Shown here piece after piece: positions 25,780-37,790 of a DNA stretch of 64,000 nt (position 1 is its first letter; every line of letters starts with the position of its first letter). Position numbers and translations under genes: made by a program. The notes beneath the pieces are model-generated. The model had not been told where the DNA came from. It saw only the letters and a program-made list of their open reading frames with translations, and made no database searches. Source of the DNA: Hamiltosporidium tvaerminnensis FI-OER-3-3 (taxonomy: Eukaryota > Fungi > Microsporidia); assembly GCA_022605425.2 (NCBI GenBank), contig CM061248.1, forward strand, positions 496,001-560,000, in the 5' to 3' direction.

Positions 25780-26507
25780 TTGATTTAAAAGTATCACATC
25801 TTTTTTAAAACAGTGGCAAGTGTTATATTTGTTTTCATGACATTAACGCAGTTCTAGGTTTAACATAAATAACTGCTACCCCAAAATTCCATCAGTAACC
25901 CCTGCGATACCTACGTCCCAAAGCCTTTCATTTACCAGGTGTGTAGAACCTAATTACTAGGCGAGGCAGTTGCCTGGAGTTCGTTAATGTCCGTTGCATG
26001 GAGTGTGATCGAAGGCCGAAGCCCCTTCTGGGCTCCCCCAAGACTATGCAGCATTCCCACTTACTCTACACTTTCTGAACCCAATAAACTTCTAGCTAAA
26101 ATATATTTCAGAGATTTACATGGGGTCTACTTAGACAGTGCAATGTCATACCAACAGGTATAACCTGCTACTTAGCTCTCCCGCTTTAAATGGTTTTTTA
26201 TTTTATATCTCCCAGGCGCTAAGTCTTCAAACCCGAGTGAGCAAGGCTAGGTTTCCATGATTTTACATGGCAATTACCTACATGTTCAGCTGCGGTCTGC
26301 AATCTGGTTACATAAAAAACTACAAATAAATTTGTAGAAAAAGTTTCTGCATTTCTTAGACCTCTCCTCCTCATACAAACTCCCATGGAACAACCGAAGA
26401 TGTAGTGTGGTTTTATTCCCACTAAAAATCCAAACAATGATCTCACACCAGTTTCACACACTCATTGCCAAGCAGAAAGTTTTTTATCTGGTTATCCTCA
26501 CTCCACT
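25780..26507 (-). mobile_element. ~730-bp structured non-coding SINE-like element, young copy
   Basis: Perfect 14-bp TSD tattatttaatcat at 25766-25779 and 26508-26521. Confidence 0.9.
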
Positions 26508-28039
26508 TATTATTTAATCATAATATATAAATAAAATAATTATATCGAAATTTATTTTACCTTATAAACTTACTTTACCATACAATATAATTTTCTGATT
26601 ATGAAACTTCGTGTTTCTAGAACTGTAAAATTATATACTATCATAGATGTTCAATTTATGAATCTTTAATCTACTCAGAATGACAATAATAAACATAATA
26701 AAATAAATCTAATGCTTTTCGGATTCTATGAATTCATAAAATTGTAAATTTACATTGTAATATAAAATATAATCAAAACAAACTTTATTTTATATTAAAT
26801 TAATGAAATATGCAATTTATAATTTATATATAAGGATATTAAGTGACTTGATTTAAATGAATTAAAAACTTAAAAAGGTCTGGTTCCTGTTCATTTAAAG
26901 TATATCACAATATAAATCAAAAGATAATACTTCAAAATAAATTTTGATTTGCTTTAAATTAAAAATTGCCATATAAATATTTAAAAGAAATTCATCAGTT
27001 GATTTACTTATGTATATTATAAATAAAATATAATTAAAAATTATATAAAAGAACAAAAATTTCAATTATAATCGGTAATTACAATCTAAATAGTCGATTT
27101 TAAATTGTTAAAAAAACATTATACAATTAATTACATTTTCAATTGGTTAAAGGTGTAAATAAAAACCAACTAAACTATAAATAGAGATTACTTCAGCAAT
27201 TCTATTAAGATGATCACTTGTATAGAATTATATTCACAATATAAAATATTAAAAAATTACATTTTTACAGTAAATTATTTTTTGATATTTTGAAACATTC
27301 TTATACCAAATAGAATAGAAAGAACTGATGATAATCAGGTTTCTCTGGCTTTTTATGAAACGTTCACATTTGTTTATTTCGTAAGTTAAATTGTTAGCAT
27401 AGTTACTAACCTTCGATTTAGAGCATAAATGACATACCAACTCTGAAACAAATCTAGATATTTGAGTAATGCTTTTATCCTAATCCCTAAGCCAATGTTC
27501 TATTATATAATCGTGTTTGTCTTAAAGAAAACGAAACACTGCAAAAGTTTTGATTACGTCAAAAATTTGAATTTAATAATAGAGCTGATTCAATCTGAAT
27601 AAGATTCTTTACACTTTATTTAATTTGTTGAAGAATAGCACAGTTCCAATAATAATGTGCCGTTGTCGAAAATTAACTATCTGGAAACGTTTAAATCGTT
27701 CTAAAAAATACTACATTAACTTTTTTCTAGCATACTTTCCCGATTTGTAGTATGTTTTAATAATAATATGGTAAAAATATTTTTTTATTAGATTTAAAAC
27801 TAGGTTAAAACATTTTATCAATATTTTAACTAGATCACTGCTTTCCTCTATATACGAATCTTACCCTACATCAATAATTGTTTCATCTAATATGGTTATC
27901 TCAATTAAAATAAGAGGTAAAATATTTTGGTACTTTCTGTTTTAACATCATCTTCCGCTTTATTCACTTGTTGTAAAAGAGTGTTTGTTTTGTATACATG
28001 CAGTATTTTCAGTAACACATTATGATGCCTTTTCTCAAC

Positions 28040-28725
28040 TCTCTTCGGCATTTTGTGTCGAATCACGTTTTCTTTGTTGATCAACCGTATTTATTTTGAC
28101 TTTCTTCCTGAGTAATATCCACTATATATATGCTTCGAAATTCATGGCTATTTGTAGAGTCCTTAAAAGGTACATATTATGGTGTTTTGTCACAATACTG
28201 TCTCGGATCATCAGATAAACAATTATCTCTATATTACATTTATAAATCAGGCCTACCTAATTGGCTAATATGTCATACTTCCTACGTTTATCTGTTTCAA
28301 ATATTTGAAGTGAATCCTGAAAAGTAATTTTTACTTCGATAAAGGTTGTCTTATTCCGTCTTTTTTCTTTAATGAATATATCGGTTTATTAAGAATCTTA
28401 ACATCGGTTTTTATCCTGGTGTCCACTCTTATCTCTGCATACTGATTTTTAAGAATTTATTGAACTGAGTAGCCTATGTTTCGTTTTGAGGACTTAAATT
28501 TATATATATTCAGTGAAAGTAAATGTACGCACAATATCACTTCATTTTTTTTGTCTAGTATAGTCATAAACGAGCATTTTTTTGCATTTCATTGCTAAAT
28601 GTTCTACTATTTTCCTAGATTGGTCGCAATATTGGTACACACCTTCTGCCCCCAGAATTAATTTCAATCCTAGATACAGAAGAACACTGCTTTATTATGT
28701 GATTGTCTATTTCCTTTTTTTAACC
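28040..28725 (-). mobile_element. Old decayed R4-like retrotransposon 3' fragment
   Basis: Blocks gtgtccactcttatctctgcatac, atttgaagtgaatcctg and ctctcttcggcattt are shared with the R4-like copies. Confidence 0.7.
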
Positions 28726-29531
28726 ATATAAAAACCATTTTTTATATGAATATTTATCTAAAATAGCTTACATTTGAAGTATATAAAACTAAAAAATTTA
28801 GATTCCCAAGCCCAAGCAGTTAGACCTACAGCACAATTAAGAAATTAAGAATTCAACAGTAAAATATAAAAATACAATTTTCTCATATTCGCAACATCCA
28901 TATATTATTCAAGTCAGAATGAAATTTTGTAAAGTACAATATTCAGAAGGAAATAATGAGAAACTCTTTATGAATATATTTTATCTCATATCAGACAATA
29001 ATTCATGAAACTCAGGCTTTTTTAAATGTCTATACAAAATATAATTTGACTTGTTTAGAAATTCAATAAATTTGTACAAAAAAAGTTTTAAAGCTACAAT
29101 ATTAAAAACAATATCAATATCACCAATAATTTATAAAATAAATATTAACTATTTATCAAGCTAACTTTAGTAAAATTAGGAACTGTTTTAAGAGATCTTT
29201 TTTTTGCTATTCCGAAACAAAAATAAAGAATATGAATCATTAGAAAGCAAATCAAGTCATGTTTATAAATTAATCTTCAAAAGCGTTAGAGTAATATCCT
29301 AAAATTTTTTTGTCAATAAACATCATTAGATCTAGTTTCAACTGCTCCGATCAACAAATAAATAATTAAAAACATCAATTAACTGTTTATAGAATAGCAT
29401 TAAAACCTTTAATTTTACATACCAATGACAATCTGAATTACATAAGAATTGCAATTTAAAGACAGAAGAGCTCAGTAATATGTAAAAATATTACAACTTT
29501 AAATTTAATTTTAATAAATAATGCTTAAAAG

Positions 29532-30249
29532 GTTGAGAAAGGATAACCAATGAAAACTTTCTACTTGGCATTGAGATGTGAAGCAAGGTGTAATATCATT
29601 GCTTTGAATTTTTAATGGGTATAAAAGCACAGAAATTTTCGGATGTTCCATGGGAATTTTTATGAGGAGAAGAAGGTCTACGAAACGTGAAACTTTTTCT
29701 ATAATTATATGTTGTAATTTTATGTGTAAATAAATTGTAGATCGCACTTAGACTTCTAGGTGATTTACGTAAAAGAATGAAAGCAACCTTGCTCACTCTA
29801 GTTAGAAGAATTATCGCCTGGAAGATATAGAAATAAAACCATTTAAAGCCGGGAGACCTAAGTAACAGGTTATACCTGTTGGTATGACATTGAACTATCT
29901 AGGTGGAACCCATGTAACTATATGAAACATATCTTAACTGGAAATTTATTGGGTTTAACAATTATAGAGTAAGTAGGAATGCTTGCATAGTCTTGGGGGG
30001 ATCTAGGGTGTGGATTGGCCTTCTATGCACTCCATTCGACGGAAATTAACGAACATCGTGAAACTACTCCTTTATTAATTAGGTTCTACACACCTGGTAG
30101 ATGAAAGGCTTTGGGAAGTAGGTATCGCAGGGGTTACCGATGGAGTGTTGGGATAACAGTTGTTTATGTTAAACCCAGAACACCGTCAATGTAATGAAAA
30201 TAAATATAACGCTTGCTACATTTCAAAAAATGGTATGTTTTTAAATAAA
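29532..30249 (+). mobile_element. ~730-bp element, moderately diverged copy
   Basis: Collinear with 33240-33970 from the head (aggataacca...acttggca) to the tail (ttttaaataaa). Confidence 0.85.
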
Positions 30250-31654
30250 TGAAGCTTAAAATTTTTGAATAATTTATTTTCGAACCCATTCCACAAACAC
30301 ATTTCTTTCACTTTTAAACACTAAACATAATATATTATATTTCAATTTAATACATATAGGATTTATCTGTTCACTCCATTCCTTCTCTTAAACCATTTTC
30401 TTGTCGGTTGTTAATTTTTCTATTCTAAGAAATGCAAATTATTCCAAAAAAAGGAAAAAACGATCATTAAACGATACATTGAAAAATAAAATCATATAAA
30501 ATACCATCTTTAAAGATAAAAACGGTGTAAAAAAGAAATCAGCTTGTAATCATTCATTTTGTTGCCAATATGAAATATTTCATATCAATGAGATTTCTTA
30601 ATACGACTTTTGGAAACAATTTTCTGTTTGTTTCCGCATTACATTGAAAAGCTATTCAATGTCACTTCTAAAAACAACTTTCCAATGTTTTCCCTCATAA
30701 AAGTCAACCATTTTACTTTTTCTTCGTCTTTTGATTTCCATCAAAAACTCACTTTAAAAGTAACACCCCACTAAGATTTAATTTTAAACGAACAAAGTAT
30801 ACATCGGCATCATTTTTCATACAAGCCACATATTTTTCACAATATCTATATTAACTTTTAAAAAAACAATATTTTTATTATCACACATTTTAACCGCAAA
30901 ATTGTATTGATTTTCAAAGAATAATTTTGAATCATTTGTCCGTTTTAAATTCACTTAATACATATTTATCCCTTCAATTTGCTTTTAACAAAATTTTTAC
31001 CTCTCAAAAATACAACTTATTTTTTCATTCCAAAATATAAATATAACCAAAGAAAAATTAAATCCTTCTAAAATATAAGTTCAACCATAAAAAAATTAAT
31101 TTTTTCAAAATTTCATTTTATTTTCTATGTAATTTAAATGTAGAATAAGCAATGGTTGCGAATGGATTCGAAATTTATTAAAAGGTAAATAAATTTCTAC
31201 TTTAATTATAATATAAATAAATAAAAAAGAAAAGATTTATCATCTTAAACTCATTTTAAATAAAATATTAAATTTCATGTTAAATCCTTTCATACTCAAA
31301 AATAAATTCGAAGTATTTATTAAAGATTACTTATAACATACATTGTATTAGGTATTAATTATTAGATATTACATACTTCTCATAACTTATAAACTGATAA
31401 ATTCATAATAATATTTTTTGAGACATCAATAGAATCTTAATGCTTGTTCATCTCATATATTCATTAACAAGCATTTCTCTTAAATTATTAATAAATATTT
31501 AGTAAGTGACTCGAAATACAAAATTTTATAAATATTCTATAATAGTTATTTAGTATTAATAAGATATATTATAAAGCTTTATCACCTCATATTTTTAATT
31601 TCTTCTTTTTAATTTATCAGTATTTTTATCATATAAATCTATTATATATACTTC

Positions 31655-31880
31655 TCAAAAACCAATATTTCTATTACAATATTCTTTGATTCTTAAAAAT
31701 GTATTTTTCTATTCTCAATACTCTAACCTCTTAAAATCCAATAATTCTATTCCCAATACTCTAACCTCTTAAAATCTAATATTTCTACTCCTAGTATTCT
31801 AAACTTCTTAAAAACCAATATTTCTACTCCTAGTATTCTAACCTCTTAAAAACCAATATTTCTATTCCCAATACTATAAT
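31655..31880. repeat. Degenerate ~41-bp tandem repeat upstream of RRN3
   Basis: About 5 units like aaaaccaatatttctactcctagtattctaacctctt. Confidence 0.75.
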
Positions 31881-31987
31881 TTCTTACAACAAATAATCGG
31901 TTATAAATTTCCCTTCCAAAAAAAAACCAAAATTTATCATTTCTTCCCATAAAAAAAACCCTTCTTCATACAAAAAAAATATAAAAA

Positions 31988-33031
31988 ATGAATTTAACGA
32001 GACAAGAAAAACTAGAATTTCTACACAAACTAAAGTCCCAACCTATAGATCTAACAATGATAGAATATTACCTCTCACACCTTCAATTCCAAAAATCAGT
32101 ACTTTCCACAATTCTTCCTCTTCTTTACGATCTCGACTCACAAATATCTGCACTGTACTGTTTACTACCCAAGGAACAGTGGAAAACCATCCAAAACGTA
32201 TATTCCACACCACTCGACGATCATAACACACCATCCACTGCTCTTCTAAAACAAACATCAGAAAAAATACGTCTTTTTATTTCTTCGTATTTTACTCTCA
32301 CCCGACACATACCACACCTAGATCCTATAATTATACTTAGAACACTTGATAAATCAATACATATTCAAAAAACACGTAATATACAGTTTATTCTTTTTAC
32401 TTTGTGTCACACTCACCCACAAAAAGTTCTTGCATATTTTATACATAAAATTAAAGAAAATTACTCTTTACACACCTACATCCCATACTTCTGCTCACTT
32501 CTTGTCCGTTACAACTTCACCCCTGAAATATCACACAAATGCATAAATTTTTTAATATTTTTCACCAAAAACAAAATGTATAACAAGGGGTATAATAAAG
32601 GGTATAACTATGAAGAATCTAATAAAAACTATGACAAAGGGTATAATAACCAAACAGATAATAACCTAAAAGAAGACTTACCAAATACCAACAACAACAA
32701 TAACAACAACAATAATACTATCAACACACCAAATACTAATCCTAATTACATACTCCTTACACAATTCTTATTATATATTTGTTGTTTTAAAAAAGAATAT
32801 TTTACCCCTTCATTACATATAATAACCCATATTTTTAAATATAAGTTATATACATTTATGAATAAAAATATAATTAAAATGTTCTGTAAAATATATAATT
32901 ATAAAACTGATATAACATACACTACAGCTGAAAATGAAACCCTTTGGTTTCCATTTGATCCACCAATTATTGATGAGATAATTAATATGCATAAAGAGAA
33001 TTATATTGTTTTTAATAAAAAGAATATTTAA
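31988..33031 (+). CDS. RRN3: RNA polymerase I transcription initiation factor RRN3 (reduced)
   Basis: RNIQFILF, YFCSLLVR, QFLLYICCF and the diagnostic C-terminal WFPFDPP. Asn-rich insertion. Confidence 0.8.
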   Translation: MNLTRQEKLEFLHKLKSQPIDLTMIEYYLSHLQFQKSVLSTILPLLYDLDSQISALYCLLPKEQWKTIQNVYSTPLDDHNTPSTALLKQTSEKIRLFISSYFTLTRHIPHLDPIIILRTLDKSIHIQKTRNIQFILFTLCHTHPQKVLAYFIHKIKENYSLHTYIPYFCSLLVRYNFTPEISHKCINFLIFFTKNKMYNKGYNKGYNYEESNKNYDKGYNNQTDNNLKEDLPNTNNNNNNNNNTINTPNTNPNYILLTQFLLYICCFKKEYFTPSLHIITHIFKYKLYTFMNKNIIKMFCKIYNYKTDITYTTAENETLWFPFDPPIIDEIINMHKENYIVFNKKNI

Positions 33032-33136
33032 TTTAATTAATATTAAGTTTGGTTTCCATTTGATCCACCAATTATTGATGAGATAATTAATATGCATGTA
33101 GAGAATTATATTGTTTTTAATAAAAAGAATATTTAA
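32943..33136 (+). repeat. Tandem duplication of the last ~89 bp of RRN3
   Basis: 32943-33031 is repeated at 33048-33136 with 2 substitutions. Confidence 0.95.
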
Positions 33137-33239
33137 TGTTAAGTTTGTATAATGGTACTTTGTATTTTGTAGTAATTTGGTTAGTAATAAAAAAAATATT
33201 TAATTTATTTTATTTTAGTTAATAGTATTTTGTAGTAAT

Positions 33240-33970
33240 AGTGGAGGGAGGATAACCACATAAAAAACTTTCTGCTTGGCAATGAGTGTGTGAAACTGGT
33301 GTGAGATCATTGTTTGGATTTTTGGTGGGAATAAAACCACACTACATCTTCGGTTGTTCAATGAGAGTTGTTATGAGGAGGAGAGGTCTAAGAAAGGGAG
33401 AAACTTTTTCTACAAATTTATTTGTAGTTTTTTATGTAACCAGATTGCAGACCGCAGCAGAACATGTAGGTAATTGCCATGTAAAAGCATGGAAACCTAG
33501 CCCTGCTCACTCGGGTTAGAAGACTTAGCGCCTGGGAGATATAAAACAAAAAACCATTAAAAGCCGGGAGAGCTAAGTAGCAGGTTATACCTGTTGGTAT
33601 GACATTGCACTGTCTAGGTGGACCCCATGTAAATCTCTGAAATATATCTTAGCTAGAAGTTTATTGGGTTCAGAAAGTGTAGAGTAAGTGGGAATGCTGC
33701 ATAGTCTTGGGGGAGCCCAGGGGGGGCTTCAACCTTCGATCACACTCCATGCAACGGACATTAACGAACTCCGGGCAACTGCCTCGCCTAGTAATTAGGT
33801 TCTACACACCTGGTAGATGAAAGGCTTCGGGACGTAGGTATCGCAGGGGTTACTGATGGAGTTTTGGGGTAGCAGTTATTTATGTTAACCCTAGAACTGC
33901 GTTAATGTCATGAAAACAAATATAACACTTGCCACTGTTTTAAAAAAAGATGTGATACTTTTATATAAAG
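33240..33970 (+). mobile_element. ~730-bp structured non-coding SINE-like element (reference copy)
   Basis: 12-bp TSD ttttgtagtaat at 33228-33239 and 33971-33982. Starts AGTGGAGGGAGGATAACCAC and ends GATGTGATACTTTTATATAAA. Confidence 0.9.
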
Positions 33971-33983
33971 TTTTGTAGTAATT

Positions 33984-35132
33984 ATAAAAGGCTTCTTAAA
34001 ACTAAAATACAGGTTGGTAGAAGAAGTCACCAAGAAAAGTTTAGAATAAGCTCAACTTGCAAAACTATATAACGAAATAGAAAAACGAAAACTCCATTCA
34101 AGGTTATATAATGCAAGAAAAAATGAGCTTGTGAGTGTTAGTGACTCTTCAAGATGGTTATAGAGAGGAAATATTAGGCCACGAAATGAAGCTGTGTTCT
34201 GCTATATCCAGGATAGAAATGTATTCTGGGGTACAGATGGTGTGTGTCAACATTGCGGGAAGTCTGGTAAGACTGTAGATCATCTAGCAACTCGATGTGA
34301 AAAAATGCTAAGCAGTGACTACACCAGACGGCATAATGAAGTGGTTAGATGCCTACATTTACTTCTCTTAAATAGATATAAGTTTAAGTCTTCAAAACGA
34401 ATAAGGAGCCACTAGTTCAAGAAATTCTTGATAATGAGTATGCCGAGATAAGAGTGGACACCAGAATTAAAACTGATGTTACAAATTCGGAATAACAGAC
34501 CCGACATATTTATTTTAGATAAGAAGAAGAATAAGATAACACTCATTGAAGTAGGAATCACTTCCCAAGATTCACTTCAAATAGTTGAAACTGAAAAACT
34601 TAGGAAGTATGACCTGCTAGCCAATGAGTTAGGTCTTATTAATAAGTGTAGTGTTGAGATAATCCCTTATGTGATGACCTGGGAAGGTATTGTGACAAAA
34701 TACCATAAATCTCATCTTAAAAGACTGGAAATACCCATGAATGTAGAGGCATACATTCAGTCTATAGTACTTAAAAAGACAGTCGAAATATTTTCCTTTG
34801 ATCGACGAAGAGGACTTGAGTCAGGACTAAATGCCGAAGAGAGCTGGGAGAGAGCGTCAATGGGTGTTATTATGAGATCAGAGATGCATGAAGAACCAAT
34901 ACCCCCTTTAAAAGAAGCGAAAAGAGAGGAAGATGGTGTTAAAATTTTAAAACCAAAAAATAATACACCCCTTATTTCACAAGGAGGAACCACTTTAGAG
35001 GAACCGACCAATAACATAACTGAAGAGTCGGATTTGGAAGAAGAGACAAAAGTGGTTAAAGAGGTAGAAGAAAACATAAAAAAATGGAGAAAATATTTTA
35101 ACAAGAATTTTATTTAATAAAATTATATTTAC
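33984..35132 (+). mobile_element. 5'-truncated R4/Dong-like non-LTR retrotransposon (zinc knuckle + restriction-like endonuclease)
   Basis: CQHCGKSGKTVDHLATRC (CCHC), RRHNEV, RPDIFILD...LIEV, KLRKY. Contains stops and frameshifts. Confidence 0.9.
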
Positions 35133-35171
35133 AGTAATTAAATAAATAAATTAATAAAGAAATTAAAAGTC

Positions 35172-35893
35172 TTTTTTAAAAGTATCACATCGTTTTAAAA
35201 TAGTGGCAAGTGTTATATTTGTTTTTATGACATTAACGCAGTTCTAGGTTTAACATAAATGACTGCTACCCCAACACTCCATCGGTAACCCCTGCGATCC
35301 CTCGTCCCAAAGCCTTTCATCTACCAGGTATGTAGAACCTAAATAATAGGCGAGGCTGTTGCCCGGAGTTTGTTAATGTCCATTGCTCGAGTGTGATCGA
35401 AGGCCGAAGTCCCCCCGGGCTCCCCAAGACTGTGCAGCATTTCCCACTTACTCTACACTTTCTAAACCCAATAAACTTCTATCTAAGATATGTTTCAGAG
35501 ATTTACATGGGGTCCACTTAGACAGTGCAATGTTATACCAACAGGTATAACCTGCTACTTAGCTCTTCGGGCTTTTAATAGTTTTAATTTTTATATCTCC
35601 CAGGCACAAAGTCTTTTAACCCAAGTGAACAAGGCTAGGTTTTCCATGCTTTTACATGGCAATTACCTACAATTTCAGCTGTGGTCTTTGATTCAGTTAC
35701 ATAAAAAACCACAAATAAATTTGTAGCAACAGTTTCACCATTTCGATAACCTCTATTCCTCATAACAACTCCCATGGAACAACCGAAGATGTTGTGTGGT
35801 TGTATTCCCACCAAAAATCCAATCAATGATCTTCACACCAGTTTCACACACTCATTGCCAAGCAGAAAGTTTTTTATGTGGTTATCCTCCTCC
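35172..35893 (-). mobile_element. ~730-bp structured non-coding SINE-like element
   Basis: Full length. Degenerate TSD aattaaaagtc (35161-35171) / aattaaaatc (35894-35903). Confidence 0.88.
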
Positions 35894-36148
35894 AATTAAA
35901 ATCGTTGAAGAAATATTATTCTGATTAATTATCTCATCTTGGAAAAAAAATGAATGATTAAAACTGTTCTTTTGCACATATACGGTTTATATCTATTGCA
36001 GTAATATTTTTCTATGTTTTGTTTTAGTCAACTTCTTAATTCTTGTTTTTCTAGTAATTTCTATTCCTTAAAACAAAACGAAAATGGAAACATGTTAAAA
36101 GATAAAGAAAGGGCTTAAAAAATAATCAGAATGAATAAATGAATTATT

Positions 36149-37716
36149 TTATTTAATAAAATTCTGGGTTAAAATAATTTTACCACTTTTAAATATTTTC
36201 TTCTACCTCTTTAACAACTGCTGTCTCTTCTTCCAAATCCGACTCTTTATTTATGTTATTGGTCGGCTCCTCTAAAGTGGTTCCTCCTTGTGAAATAAGG
36301 GGTGCTTTTTTTTGGTTTAAAATTTTTTGCACCATATTCCTCTCTCTTCTCTTCTTTTAAAAGAGGTGTTAGTTCCTCATGCATCTCTGCTCTCATAATA
36401 ACACCCATTGACGCTCTCTCCCAGCTCTATTCGGCATTTAGTCCTGACTCAAGTCCTCTTCGTCGATCAAAGGAAATAGTTTCGACTGTCTTCTTAAGTA
36501 CTATAGACTGAATGTATGTCTCTACATTCATGGGTATTTCTAGTCTTTTAATATGAGATTTATGGTATTTTGTCACATTCCGTCCCAGGTCATCACATAA
36601 GGGATTATCTCAACACTACACTTATAAATAAGACCCAACTAGATGGCTAGCAGGTCATACTTCCTAAGTTTTTCAGTTTCAACTATTTGAAGTAAATCTG
36701 TGAAGTGATTCATACTTCAATGAGTGTTATATTATTCTTCTTCTTATCTAAGATCAATATGTCGGGTCTGTTTTTCCGAATTTTAACATTAGTTTTTATT
36801 CTGGTGTCTACTCTTATCTCTGCATAATCATTATCAAGAATTTCTTGAACTGAGTGATTCCTTATTCGTTTTGAAGACTTAAACTTATATCTATTTAGAA
36901 GAAGTAGGTGTAGGCATCTAACCACTTCATTATGCCGTCTAGTGTAATCATGGCCTAGCATTTTTTCACATCGAGTTTCTAGATGATCTACAGTCTTACC
37001 AGACTTCCCGCAGTGTTGACTCACACCATCTGCTCCCCATAATACATTTCTATCCTGGATATAGCAGAACACAGCTTCATTTCGTGGCCTAATATTCCCT
37101 CTCTTTAACCATCTTGAAGAGTCACTAACACTCACAAGCTCATTTTTTCTTGCATTGTATAACTTTGAATAGAGTTTTCGTTTTTCTATTTCGTTATATA
37201 GTTTTGCAAGTTGAGCTTCTTCTAAACTTTTCTTAGTGACTTCTTCTACCAACCTGTACTTTACTTTTAAGAAGCCTTTTATTAGGGCAAGATGGGATTT
37301 ATTATTATTCTCCACCTTGAGGATCGCTGCTCGTCTAGTTGATATTTCTTTACTTTTTTCCAGACAATCCAAGAGTTGCAGAAGCATATGTTCACTTCGC
37401 AACTCAACACTATGTAAGCCTCTTCCAAGTTCTGTTCTAGGAAGGTATAGACGCTCTTTACATCCTGGGCGGAGATGTATCTTATTCTTCACCAACACCG
37501 CACGCACTGCATCATCTAACTTAGAGAAGTCAGCAGGTTCAAGTCGAAGCACTCCTATGTGATAGTTGATTAACGATATCGCATGTTGATTGATTGCAGA
37601 AAATAAATTTTTTGCATTTAATCTAGTGTGACAAAGTCTTTTAACTCTTGATATAAGTTTGCTCTGTACTTCTTCAAATGAGATACGTGTTGGGATTCCT
37701 CTGCTATCTCCTATTT
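36149..37716 (-). mobile_element. 5'-truncated R4/Dong-like retrotransposon
   Basis: Thumb region ERLYLPRTELGRGL, zinc knuckle, RHN and PD motifs. Candidate TSD tgaattatt at 36140-36148 and 37717-37725. Confidence 0.9.
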
Positions 37717-37790
37717 TGAATTATTCTAAAAATTAATCAAATATATTTAAAAAATAAAATGAAAACATTAAAAGTGGAAAATTAAAGGAT

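Noticed and set aside
33286-33519. Recurrent ~77-aa ORF MCETGVRSLFG... (also 26219, 35635, 48921)
   Set aside because: GTG start, variable stop and disrupted in other copies. It is a by-product of the repeated element.
33320-33710. Group I or group II intron identity for the 730-bp element (ACCGCAGC, AAGACT/AGTCTT, ATAGTC)
   Set aside because: Only scattered resemblance to the P/Q/R/S elements, no terminal G or domain V, and TSD-flanked intergenic insertion is not intron-like. A covariance-model search would settle it.
33240-33970. Permuted twister formed by the element's ends (TAA-CACT-TGCC at the tail; AGTG-GAGGG at the head)
   Set aside because: CACT/AGTG would pair, but there is no P4/L4 (GUCCCAAGC-like) segment and no P1 across the joined ends.
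33240-35893. Apparent composite transposon with 730-bp terminal inverted repeats around an RLE fragment
   Set aside because: Each 730-bp copy has its own TSD and solo copies are common, so these are independent insertions.
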